DNA of 64,000 bases from Botryllus schlosseri (Eukaryota): assembly GCA_051294905.1 (NCBI GenBank), contig CM119378.1, forward strand, positions 2,110,001-2,174,000. The letters run 5' to 3'. The notes under the pieces were generated by a model. The model saw only the letters and a list, made by a program, of their open reading frames with translations. It ran no database searches and was not told the DNA's origin. This document shows, one piece after another, positions 50,901 through 63,020 of this stretch (positions are counted from its first letter, which is position 1; each line of letters begins with the position of its first letter). The translations under genes and the position numbers were made by a program.

Positions 50901-53900
50901 ATAGATGTACTCTACTTCATATAGCTTACAGGTGTTTAGATGGAGCCATTCTGACAGGGTTGTATGTAATGACTCAGGTCACGATTTTCTGATGACTCGA
51001 CTTGACTCGAGTCATTTTCTCAAAATACGGAAATGACTCGACTAGAGGGAATCTGCGCATTGATTCGACTTGGACTCGAGTCATTGCGCGTGACTCGAAC
51101 TAAGTCATGTGACTCGAGATTCAGACAGTCATGACCAACATTTCATCGTAATTTCGAAGAATAGTAAAGTAACCACACTCTTGGGATTTCGTCTACTGGT
51201 ACTGGTACTTGAAAATACGACCAGAAACCGCAAAAAGTGAGGAAAATTAGTAAATTATGAATGCGAACCATTCGATATCACCGAACAGAATTATAAAAAG
51301 TGGGTTTAACAAGACTTTAACAGGAAACTGATCAGTCAACACAATGACTTGGACTCGATCTCGAGTCATAATACCATGACTCGGACTCGACCCTCTGTTC
51401 GTTGACTTGACTCGGTGGTGAATTGAGAATGACTCGACTTAACTCGCGTCAAAACTATAAAAGTGAGATTGACTTTTGACTCGTAGCCTTGTGACTTGGT
51501 CGCACTCCTAGTTTTGAAAATGCGCGTTGAACTAGAAGCCGTATCTTTTGAATATCAGCTAAATATATTGTGGTCATGTCGGTATCGGCTCAAAAATCCG
51601 ATATCGGCCTGCCTCTAGTCATGAAATTCTTGCTAACCGCTGTAGGCTGTACTAATGTGGGATTAAGCATTCATCATCATATTTGCCAGTAATTATGTAC
51701 TGCGAGAGGCGAACGGCCTGGAAGATTATGGAGATTTCACCAACTGGCAGATGACGTTATGCTTGATTGTTTCGTGGATCGTTACCTATCTTTGCATCAT
51801 CAACGGAATCAAATCGGCCGGAAAGGTGCAGTCTGAAACTGATTTTTGAATTTGAACTGTTAAATTATTAACTAGTCGCAGACGATTAACCCTGACTAGT
51901 GTCAGCCAAAATATTCGGGTTCATTTGAAAATGAATATATTATTCAATTGTATATCACAGTTCCGTACCTCTTTGATCAATTTGCGTATGTGTATAATTT
52001 TCTGAAATTTGCTCGACAGGTCGCTTTATTCACGGCAACGTTACCGTACATTTTAATCGGAGTGATCCTGGTAAAAGGCTGCACGCTTCCGGGAGCAGCG
52101 GATGGCATATATTTTTATCTCAGACCGAATATTACAAAATTGACAGAGCCGAAGGTATCGGAAACGTTGCTACACTCATCGAAGCTTTCTCAATATTTAT
52201 TGAATGATATTTTCATTTTGAAATATACCCTACCGTAATATTTTAGGTGTGCAGTAGTCAGAATATATTAGTGACCAGTAGATATCTCAAAAGATCTATG
52301 TATATCAACAGTCGTATATAACTCTGGTTCATTTCAATGTGACTATATTATTCAATTGAATATTGAAGTTCCGTACCTCAAGAATGTCTAAAATGCCTTT
52401 TGGGCATAATTGCGTAAAATTTGTCTAAGATATCCAAAGTATTTCCTTAGTATGTAACTATTAAACACACATGTTAATATGTTCTAACGATGTATCTGAT
52501 ATGTTTGTGCATCGTTAACATCTCAACGTATTTGCAGAGCCCAGTACAATATTGAATAACTTCCTTTGGTGCTTTTATGACCTTGACAAGGACAGATGTA
52601 TTTTAAAATATTGTTGCAGTAATGTGTACGGTGTCTGTACATACCAAAGTAATCAAGTTGTTCGAGTAAGAGTAGCGATCAGGGTTGTAACCGAGTCGAA
52701 AGTCAATCTCAGTTTTAAAGTCTTGACTCGAGTCAAGTCAAGTCATTTTTAATTCACCACCGAGTCAAGTCCAAGTCAGCTAGTAGAGTCTCAAGACCGA
52801 GTCATTTTGTTTTGACTCGAGTCAAAGTCATTTTGTTCACTGTTCAGTTTTCAGTTCAACCCGTTTCAACCCACTTTTTTCAACTCTCGAGTGATATAGA
52901 ATGGCTCGCATTCATAATATAATATTCCTCAGTCTTAACAGTTTCTGGCCCTACTTTCCAGTTATCAGGACTGATAGACCAAATACCGATAATGCTGTAA
53001 CTTTACTATTCTTGGAAATTACAATGAAATGTCTGTCTTGGCCGTCCTAGTCTCGATTCGTATGACTTGGTTCGAGTCATGCACAATGACTCGAGTACAA
53101 GTCGTGTCAGTACAAAAATTGACTAGAGTCGAGTCATTTTGCACATTTGAAAAATGACTCGAGTCATTACAACCCTGGTAGCGATAGCAGTAAAAGTATG
53201 GAAAACCTACATCCCGAAAAGTGGAAGTACTTCTTTACAGAACAACTCTGCTAAATACAGCTAAAAATAGTAGTCAACTTCTGATGTGTTTTAATATAAA
53301 TTCTTATCTACGATTCGACATAGGTTTGGATTCAAGCCGGGGGTCAAGTATGTTATTCTTATGCCATTGGATTTGCCGCCCTCATAACTATGGGCAGTTT
53401 CAATAAGTTCAACAAAGATTGCTACAGGTGAGTTTGAGATTTTTGAGGAATATGGTATTGTAACTAATTTCAGTGCTATATCTCACAGTGTAGCCATCGC
53501 AGAGATATGGGGCTTAGCTCTAATATTCACTGTACTTTGACTTTTAGAACTTCTATGTATCTCGTCGGAAGCTGCGCTTTGACATCATTTCTAACTGGGT
53601 TCGCAGTATTTAGCATCCTCGGAAATCTCGCTCACGTAACAGGCAAGAACGTTTCAGACGTCGTAGATTCAGGTAAATTTCTTCTTTCACTTTACATGTT
53701 TGAAGTTTGAGTAGATTTGAATCGTGAGTCAATTTCAATTCGTGCCAATTATCAATTGACATTAACGAGGAAAATGAAAAAAATTAGGAATGGCTTGTTG
53801 ATTTTATCGGGTATTAATTCTGACTTAGTAACCCATGAACATCACAACCCTAGAATACTGATAAGAGTACTTGATCCGAATCAAGATATAATTGATGCTC

Positions 53901-56900
53901 GATTTGTGTTCGAGGTTTTATTTTAATGATTCAAGTCCAGTAGTAAAATATTTTTTTTCAAGTACAGAAGTTATACGCTCTTAGCCACTAATAGTGGATT
54001 TATTAACAAGAAATATAGTTTCAATTAATGTTTTCCGTTGTGGAAACCTTGATACCTCAATTGGTCTTACCACCGTATCCTAAACATGTAGTACAAAGCT
54101 TATATATGTTACTGGAATTGATACATCTGTGAAGTGATCAACCCACAGCGCAGTCACAAAGTGCAATAAAATAGGCACAGTCGAAAAAATTGTCAATTAC
54201 ATTTAATTTGGTGTTTGCCTTGCATTGTTTTCTTTGTGGTCACTTGAAAGGTACATATTTTAAGTTTACCAACCAGAACCTTAAATCAAAACATGCAACT
54301 TAAGACTTCCACAAAACTGAAATGTTGGAATTTTAGACACTCAGCTTCAATTTGATCACAGAAAAAACAAACCACGTCATTCTTACATCCAACAGGTCCG
54401 GGTCTCGTGTTCGAAGCTTTTCCTACGGCGTTATCGTTATTACCTCTTCCTCATATTTGGAATATTCTCTTCTTTTTTATGCTGATCATGATTGGTCTCG
54501 ATTCTCAGGTAATTTGCACGAATTTCCAGAATGATTTTGTGGTACCATTGTTGATATACAATGTTCTTTCCAATTCTCCACTAGTTGCTGACGATTACCC
54601 CTGACGAGTGTCAGCCGAAAATATTCAGGTTTATTTCGATATGAATATGCTATTCATTGTATATTGAAGCTCTGTACCTCCAAGATGCCATGCCTTAGGA
54701 AAATTTGTCCGTGATGAGTACCGGTGTCAAACTTGATAAACTTCTGTTCTTTTGCAGTTTGCTTGCGTCGAATGTTTAGTTGTGATGATCACAGACCAGT
54801 TTCCAATACGTTTCAAGGACAGACGGTCGAAAATTGTGCTGCGAACGGCGCTATGTTTTACGATGATGGTCGTCGGTCTGATATTCATCCCATCGGTATG
54901 TGTATTGTTTATAAGAACGGAAGATAGCAATCTGTGATCTTGTTCGATTTTTGTATCAAAAATAAGTTGCGTATCTGCGTCTGTTTTGGCCGCTATTTCT
55001 CATGGCAATTCTTTGGTTTGCCTGTGTCATTTATTGTTATTTGACCCATCAGCAATAGGGATGTTCAAAAGTGAGTTTTTTCTCAAATTGTACTGGCTAC
55101 TCGATAAAATTGTTGGGTTACCTAATTTAAGCCTACGCGCCAAATTTGGTTCAATTCCAGCGAGTAGCCGCATTGCTACAGAAGAAAGTTTCTTTTTATT
55201 ATATAAAATAAATAAACAAAATTTTCTGTTTGCCCCATGAAAGTGTTAGGTCGTCTATGGAAACGATGTTCACCAAATTTAGCTCAATTCCAACCAGCGG
55301 AAGCGGAGTTATTTACCGTCGAAAAATTTGGATTTGAATAAAATAGTATTTACAGTGGGCACACCTATAATAAATAATCAAAGAATTGGTCACCGTACAT
55401 ACTAGTTTATTGATAATCCAAATTTTTCGACGGCAATAACTCCGCTTCTACTAGTTGGAATTGAACCAAATTTGGTGAACATCGTTTCGATAGACGACCT
55501 AACACTTTTATGCGGTGAACAGAAAATTTTGAAAATAGAAACTTTCTTCTCCTGTAGCAATGCGGCTACTGGCTGGAATTGAACCAAATTTGGTGTGTAG
55601 GCTTAAATTAGGTAACCTAATAATTTTCTCAAGTAACCAGTACAATTTGAGAAAAAAAGTCATTTCTGATCATCCCTAATCAGCCAGTGTCAGTTGAATC
55701 ACTTCTGCAATTTCCCATTCGAGTTAACAAAATTTTACAGGGCGGCGTGTATGTGTTTGAACTATTCAACAACTACGCCGTGAGTGGGATCGCCATCCTC
55801 TGGACTGCGATGATGGAGGCTGTCGCAATCGCATACTTTTACGGGATAGAAAACTTCTACGGGCATATACGAGAGATGATCGGATACCGGCCCTCGCCAT
55901 TCCTGAAGATAACTCTGTTGGTTTTTACGCCCTTGTTGACATTGGTAAGAATCAAAGGTGGTGTGTAGTGGTCATACTTTGGTTGTGAAATTCCTTGAAT
56001 TCCAAGGCGTCCAATTTGAAACCATAATAACTTGTGGGATTACTGCAAGCAGGCTTGTAACCAAGTCACAAGTCAATCTCACTGTTAATGTTTTGACTCG
56101 AGTCAAGTCCGAGTCCAAGTCTGCCAGCAGAAGGTCAAGTCCGAGTCACAGTATTATGACCCGAGTCCAAGTCATTGCGTTAACTGCTCAGTTTCGAGTT
56201 TAAGTCTTGTTAAAACCACTTTCTATAACTCTGTTTGGCGATATCGAATGGTTCGCATTTAAATTACACTAATTTTCCTCACCTTTAACAGTTTCTGGTC
56301 GCATTTTCAAGTACCAGTTCCGATAGACGAAATACCAACAGTTTGGTTACTTTACTATTCGAAATTACAATGAAATGTCGGTGTGGGCCGTCTGAGACTC
56401 GAGTCATATGACTTGGTCCGAGTCATGCGCAATGACTCGAGTCAACATACGGATTGACTCGAGTCAGATCATTTCCGTATTTGGAGAAAATGACTCGAGT
56501 CAAGTCGAGTCATCAGAAAAACGCAAGTCGAGTCATGACCCGAGTATTTACAACCCTGTCTGCAAGTAGTCATCACCTACTTGAGTGCTTTGAAAAAGCG
56601 AAAGTACTTATATAGTGACCACCTCTGTGAAATAATTACGGCAATGCGCAATAGAACATGCAGTGTAGTAAATAGTATAGTAGATATATCGTTGAAACCG
56701 TTGTTAACACGATTTTGAAATATGCCAACTAAACATCAACTCTTTTTACAGGGAATTATGTTATTTCATATATTCCAATACCGGCCGCTGTCTGTGGCGG
56801 GGTACAATTATCCTGCGTGGGCGAACGGAATTGGGTGGATAATGTGCCTGTCATCGCTACTCTGTGTTCCAATTGTGTTTGTTCACACTTTGTGGAATGA

Positions 56901-58219
56901 ACATGGAACTTTCAAAGAGGTGAATGATATGTCATAGAACAGCAGTTCTCAACCGGGGGTCCGCGAAGCCTCTAAATTTTTAAAATGGTTAATAACCTAA
57001 TTTGTATTTCTTTAAATTTGGGAAATCATGAGACAGATTCACTGCGTCGCTGCCAAAACTTCAGGATTCACATCAACAGAATGTACGTTTTGTTGTGGTT
57101 TGTGGTAAAATATAAAAGCTGCAGTCGTGCAGGTCAATCAGGGTGACTTCGAAATGTTTGCAAAACCCATTTTCTCCCGTGATATACATAACCAATATTC
57201 CGGAATAACATATAAAGATGAGCTGCTTGATAGAATCGACTAGACTGGACGTTGTATGTGCATTAAAAAATATGTTTCTCAATTTTGGTTCCATATATGT
57301 TGCCATCACACCCAAATGTCTCCTCGGAAGCGTTACGCGTTATTATTATATTCGCCATCACATATAATGGCGCGAATGGATTTTCGGCACTCGTTCATAT
57401 CAAATCGAAGACGTGGATTTTCGAGACACAATCACGTGTTTCAAGAAATGCAGCTATACACTGCTACAGAAATCGCTTTCAAATAAAAGTCTACGCAATT
57501 TCTACATGAATAGTATGATGTTATTTTGAAGAAAAGGCATTTGCTGTTGTTTATCACTAGCCTACAGTTGATATTTGCACAAGACAAGATGACGGTTGAA
57601 CGATAAGTGAGCTAGATTTTCTCTAAAACGTTGGGGGTCCGTGACGGTTCAAAAGGGGTCTGCGAAGATGAAAAGGTTGAGAACCACTGTCATAGAAGAT
57701 AAAATTAGAATTTACAGCGTTTCCTAATTAGATTATAATTGGAATGATAGCTACACACTACACAGTTGCTTTCAAATCAGATTAGACTTGCTGAATTTGC
57801 GAAAATCTGGAAATTGAATGAAATTTCAAATTAGAGAGAAATCAAAAAAATACGTTCACTTCATATCAAACCAGAGTTCATTGTCACAAGCATTAGAATA
57901 GCTACTGTCTGTACATCAAGCTTAGCTCGTTTCGCACTATACAGTTTCCCTGCAGCGTTTTCAGGAGAACTAGTAATTAAATTAGGTTTGAATTAGATTA
58001 GCCTACCGGTGTTTCGCTCTAATTCGACAACTGAAATTTTCTAGTTGTTCAAGTCTGATAGGAGGGTGTTTGTAAATCTTTTTTCACTCGATATTTTTTG
58101 AATTTTAGAGGTTTATGAAGTCCATGCGGAAAATTCCTGGTCAGTCGCGGCAAGGGCGGGTTGCAGCGGAAGAGAAATTGTTCATATCTTCGTCTTTGTC
58201 GTTTGGAGTTGACAAATAA
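44964..58219 (+). CDS. SLC6 sodium:neurotransmitter symporter family transporter, GABA/taurine/creatine-like, 14 exons, ~633 aa. Exons: 44964-45097, 45439-45545, 48801-48931, 49497-49623, 50543-50711, 51690-51825, 52020-52154, 53324-53427, 53548-53672, 54396-54508, 54758-54895, 55741-55944, 56752-56919, 58109-58219
   Basis: GT-AG junctions join in frame (1902 nt); signatures [54 protein letters not shown]; first and last exons are less certain. Confidence 0.92.
45846..48641. mobile_element. Nested MITE cluster in SLC6 intron 2
   Basis: Outer CAGGGTTGTAA...TTACAACCCTG; inner ~45873-46825 TAGGGCG...CGCCCTA; inner 46988-48344 CAGTGGTTCTCAACC TIR with perfect TSD ATGTAGGC. Confidence 0.75.
50300..50336 (-). 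ncRNA. Minimal (Penelope-type) hammerhead ribozyme motif
   Basis: Minus strand TTACCC-CTGACGA-G-TGTCAGC-C-GAAA-ATAT-TT-AGGTT. Confidence 0.6.
50955..51510. mobile_element. CAGGGTTGTA-family MITE rich in GACTCGAGTC motifs
   Basis: Homologous (inverted) to 52680-53177 and 56050-56558; right end degenerate. Confidence 0.7.
51886..51922 (+). ncRNA. Degenerate minimal hammerhead ribozyme motif
   Basis: AACC-CTGACTA-GTGTCAGCC-AAA-ATAT-TC-GGGTT (two core mutations). Confidence 0.4.
52680..53177. mobile_element. hAT-type MITE (CAGGGTTGTA family)
   Basis: TIR CAGGGTTGTAA...TTACAACCCTG; perfect TSD GTAGCGAT. Confidence 0.88.
54595..54631 (+). ncRNA. Minimal (Penelope-type) hammerhead ribozyme motif with an intact catalytic core
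   Basis: TTACCC-CTGACGA-G-TGTCAGC-C-GAAA-ATAT-TC-AGGTT: CUGANGA and GAAA boxes, 1-bp stem II, palindromic AAUAUU stem III, UUC cleavage triplet. Confidence 0.62.
55056..55678. mobile_element. Foldback-like MITE with ~290-bp inverted arms
   Basis: TAGGGATG...CATCCCTA; arms complementary nearly to the centre; TSD ATCAGCAA/ATCAGCCA. Confidence 0.85.
56050..56558. mobile_element. hAT-type MITE (CAGGGTTGTA family)
   Basis: CAGGCTTGTAA...TTACAACCCTG; TSD ACTGCAAG/TCTGCAAG. Confidence 0.8.
56940..57689. mobile_element. hAT-type non-autonomous element
   Basis: CAGCAGTTCTCAACC...GGTTGAGAACCACTG; perfect TSD TCATAGAA. Confidence 0.85.
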
Positions 58220-59338
58220 TATATTTTGTAATTTCTCGGAGAATATATATTTTCACTGTTTTTCTATGCAGTCGACTTCATATCGTTTGATATTTTTGAA
58301 TTGACTCTCCAGTTATTACTATTTTATGACCGTACTACCTCGAACAGGACTTGTATGAAGCGTTAGTTTTGATGTCACCACCCAGGAGTGAACTTGCGTG
58401 TCAATATGCTGTTTGTCAATGGTGCTGCGTGCATTTGGGACTTCCTTGCTATGTGAACAAATGAACTACCAAGCAGGTTCACCATACGTCCTCCTTTTTC
58501 AAGGAATCGAAAATGTCCTCCGAGGACGCCCAAATGCCCGCCTTTTTAGATATTCGTCCTTTATAGCATTGACAGCAAGGCGATTGTACAGGCAGAACTG
58601 TAAGACGCCGTAAATGACGCGAAATCTGGATTGCCTATAAATTTGAAGAGCCCTAAAATAATAACACTACGACCTGATTGAGTTCGTCGAAGTAGAGGTA
58701 GGACTGCAGGCCAACTTCTCTACTGACCATGACCACCCGTACGACGAGGTGTGGTTAAATTAGTCAAACATGGTGTAGGCTACAACTCGTAGGTTGCCGA
58801 TTGGCAAGAGATCGTGTACTGATGCTGCATATAGGCAAGTATCGGGCCGCCAACGTGGCAAAACGTTCAAAGCTATTTCTCATCACCATTCTTCGTGTTC
58901 GTGACCGCACTTTGAAATATCTGGACGGAGCCTACCGCATAGTATGATTGGATTTTGGCGAAAATTTCGGCACTTCGCCAAGTCCTTTCTTTTCATTGTA
59001 TTGCAATTCTTGTGGTAGCCTATCTGAAATTTATGAACATGGTAACAAAATTATAATGATACTTCAACATCGACCAGCCCTATAGAAATAACTGCTGATC
59101 GACAGGGCCGGCATGCTAAGTTGGTTCTATAATTAGTTATTTCAGCGCTTTGTGTCGCCCAGTTTCGTCACCAATTTTTGACCGCACAGTAGTTCAGTGT
59201 GCGCAAGCACATAGAATCAACGGTGAATGTGTAGACCCATTATTCTGCAACCTATTTGACGTGAAGAATAAATAACGAATCTGACAATGGAAAGTCGTTT
59301 GGTCGCAATGCGCATTCATCGTGAACCATGTTGCAATA

Positions 59339-59985
59339 GAAAGAGAGAGAGTCTTTATTTTCATCCAACCAAAATACATAACAAACGGCAGTGATGGTGG
59401 TACAGAAAATATGCATGCATGCACAGTATTCGGTATTAGATAGGAATGATCGATAAGACCGCGAAGGTCATCTAGTCTGATCACACCAGCATCAAACAGG
59501 TACACTTGTCTCTGAACAGTCTGGCTGTAAAAAATGTTTAGTTAAACAAAGAAAAAAGAAAAAAAATTAAACGATGGTAGCAAATGTTCAATGAAGCAAT
59601 GTCTGGGCGAGGTAGGGCAACAGTGTTAGTATAACGACAGGAGGTGATCAAGTAGGTCTTTTTTGAATCTGTTCTAAAGCAAATCACGGATATGTGGTGG
59701 TAATGCATTCCAGATGATAGGTCCCGAGTAGTTGATAGATCTCTTAGTTAGGTTGATATTGGGTGGGGGTAATAGTAGATATTTCCCTTTGACGAGGATC
59801 TCGTGTAATGGGAATGGACATTTTTAGCAGGTATGAAAAAATCATCAAACACAGGAGGCAGACTATTGGAAAAATACTTGTGAATAACTTTTGATACTTC
59901 GAAGCGATATAGTTCGTCAACTCGCAAAATTCGATGCTTACGGTAGTAAGGCGATAAATTGGTACGCAAAGGTACAGACAATATT
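59339..59985 (-). mobile_element. 5'-truncated LINE (ORF2 C-terminus, 3' stem-loop, (CT)n tail)
   Basis: Reads ILRVDELYRFEVSKVIHKYFSNSLPPVFDDFF...HSHYTRSS; 3' UTR ACTAGATGACC-TTCGC-GGTC hairpin resembling CR1-type ends; related end at ~61515-61682 (+). Confidence 0.75.
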
Positions 59986-62441
59986 TGAATTCTTTTATAC
60001 TGCTATGATAATTTTGGCAGGGATTAGTCGTTCTTTGTTTGTCTTTCGATGAACCGATAGCAAACAATAATACTAAAATTAGGATATTGAAATCTTTCAC
60101 ACTTTTCCTGTCCAGTTAGCTATGTTATTGAAATTTTTATCAGATCACTTACAAATTAATAATTTGATTCGTTACATGAACTTTTGAAGCGCTGCTTCTT
60201 CATCAGGTACTAAAGGGAAAGTGCAGGAAATGAGAAAAGCAAAAATGTTTTTAATTCAAGCATATATGTTTGTCCGTAACTCGTACCAACTGAATTATTT
60301 TGCTCGGGCTTGCCCTACTCTGACGTAACAATCACCGGAGCGTGACAATCACGAGCTACGTTTCATTGAAGACAAAGCTGGGAATTTCACACGTCATTCT
60401 CAGCGGGGTGCATTTTACTGTTGCAGTAGCGTAACTTATGATCTACAAATGTAGCCTTGGCCAGAATTACGATCGGGGCAATTGAATTTGCGACTGATTG
60501 ATATTTCCGGTTGTCTTGTATGTCCTGTTCCACCATTCGTAGTTTAGATGTTAGTATACTATCGAAAACACTACCGTACGACGAATATGGTTTCCTGTTT
60601 ACAAATGTTAGTCGTTATACATCATCGGAAGAATGTGGTATGGGAGGTATAGGACGGAGTTGAAATCGCTTACTGTAGTCAGTAATTCATTGAACGCCAA
60701 CCCAACAAGCATGTTGGTACGTATACAGACATCCACATCGAGTGAGAAATACAGAAATAGTCTCAAAAAAGTGAGCAGGTATTCGAAATTGATACATTGC
60801 ATTGTGTCTTGTAGCCTATATCGCATTGTACATTCGGTGAGTGTCTTTGGCAGATGAAAATATAATCTAACAATTATTAATTTTGAGTCATGAGTCGTGT
60901 TGAACATGAGTCACTGGCTATTACTGGGATAAGTGTTGGGTAAACGTTATCAAATGATATCAATTCAACCTAGATATAGTACTTTTGGTAACACATTATT
61001 GAATTTTGCCTTGGAATATGTTTCAGAAATTATGGTCAGACGGACATGATTAGTTCCACACATTTTGACCAATATGGCATGGTTAGCCAGGTAGCTAAAA
61101 TGAAATTAATGTAGGCTACAATGCACGTGTAACTTGTCTGGTTGTCTGCCAGCTCCACTTAATTAAGGTAGGCCTACTATACACGAGAGTGCCTGTATTC
61201 AAGATAAAATATCAGCTGTTGCCAAATGAATGCTTAGCTTAGTCTGAAACCACTTCTCTTCGAGTCTTGACATATTGATTTAATCAACCTTGTAATGATC
61301 AAGTTCATTTGGTTGCTCATGTTATGGGACCATTTATTTTTCATCTTCAATACGGGACCTCCCATACCACTCCTTCAAAAAGGAATTATTCAGTCACCTC
61401 ATCTCCCATTACCAATGATCCGCTTGTCTCCCACCAAATTTGTAGTTTCTTTAGTATTTTATTTTTATGCTGAGCTGAATTGATTGATCCCAACCAATGC
61501 ATCCAAATTTATAACACAATATCTGTATTTGTTAATGCAGGGTGTGATCAGACTAGTTGACCCTACCCAGAGTCATATCGGTCACACCCTGTCCTATACC
61601 GTAAGTTCATTTATTGTTGTTGCATGTGCCAATGATGTTTTCTTTACGGTTGGACAAATCAATAAATATCTCTCTCTCTCTCTGTTTTTAACATGTATTT
61701 CCCTGTCTTCTTGTAGGTCAAGTTTGATGTTTGATTAATTATTCTTGAATATTATCTGTTTGAAATGTTTTCACAATATTTTGGACTTGTGACATTGTTC
61801 GCTTCGCAAATTATGTAATAATTGATGATGATTGGTAATATATGCGGTGTTGGAAGGTCTTAGTTCACATGATCTCATGCCACTTTCGAAAGATGGTCCG
61901 GAAGTTATACAAAAGTATTTTTCTCCCTGTTATAGTATAGAAGAGGATGTTTCCAGTTTTATTTACTCTCGCAATCTTGAGATTTGATGGTTTCATTGCT
62001 TATAGACTCGTAAAATAGCCCATTAGTTTATCTGCCTTATTTACATGTTGTATTAATAAATTTTGTTCTCTCAAACGTTCTACTAAACTCATTTTGTAGG
62101 ATTTGTGAAGAATTTGGCACTGTAGGGTAAATCCCGGCCTATTCTTGATATCACAATATATTTGTTCATATACAGATTGTCGTCATGCAGCGAGATTACT
62201 TTGTCATAGTCTCTTTGAGATGCAGTGTAGGCCTATATTCATTATTTCAATGTAAATGATTCGAAGGCTGTAAAGTGGTGAAAAAGTAATCGCAATTATA
62301 TGATATCTATTTGTATTTCGTTTATTAATTATTGCGTAATCTTTTACTAAATTCTAAATTGAAGACATTCACAAAGACTCTGCTAACTGGGACAAGTGGA
62401 TCACATATTTTTGTTGACGAACCGAGTATACTATAAAAGCG

Positions 62442-63020
62442 ATGTTTTTGGTGGATTATTTTCGTGGATTTCTGCAGTATTTGGGCCTGCTCAACAAATC
62501 AGGAAAGTTAATGTTCTTAGGGCTTGACAATGCCGGAAAAACCACTCTGCTTCACATGTTAAAAGATAATAAAATGAGCGTCCACGAGCCTACGTTGCAT
62601 CCGACATCGGAACAACTGACGATGGGCAATATATCTTTCACGACGTACGATCTGGGAGGCCATTCTCAAGCGAGGAAAGTGTGGAAAGACTATTTTCCTG
62701 CCGTGGATGGTATTGTGTTTCTCGTTGACGCTGCGGATCCAGAACGCATGAACGAAGCGAAAGTAGAACTTGACAGTTTGCTAACAGATGAGCAAGTCGC
62801 AAACGCGCCTGTTCTTGTTCTCGGAAACAAAATCGACAGGCAGGATGCAGTAAGCGAACAAGCTCTTCGGGAGTTTTTCGGATTGCGTACAACTGGTAAA
62901 GGTTCAGTTCCTTTGGATAGCCTTAACGGCGCGAGACCAGTCGAACTGTTTATGTGTTCCGTTCTCAAAAAGCAAGGATACGGCGAAGGTTTCCGATGGC
63001 TGAGTCAATACATTAATTAA
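62442..63020 (+). CDS. SAR1: Small COPII coat GTPase SAR1 (192 aa), intronless CDS
   Basis: N-terminal amphipathic helix, [27 protein letters not shown]-terminal [23 protein letters not shown]. Confidence 0.97.
   Translation: MFLVDYFRGFLQYLGLLNKSGKLMFLGLDNAGKTTLLHMLKDNKMSVHEPTLHPTSEQLTMGNISFTTYDLGGHSQARKVWKDYFPAVDGIVFLVDAADPERMNEAKVELDSLLTDEQVANAPVLVLGNKIDRQDAVSEQALREFFGLRTTGKGSVPLDSLNGARPVELFMCSVLKKQGYGEGFRWLSQYIN

Noticed and set aside
60170..60212. Minus-strand CTGATGA followed by a hairpin (hammerhead-like)
   Set aside because: GAAA box absent (AAAA), extra base before stem II and no convincing stems I and III
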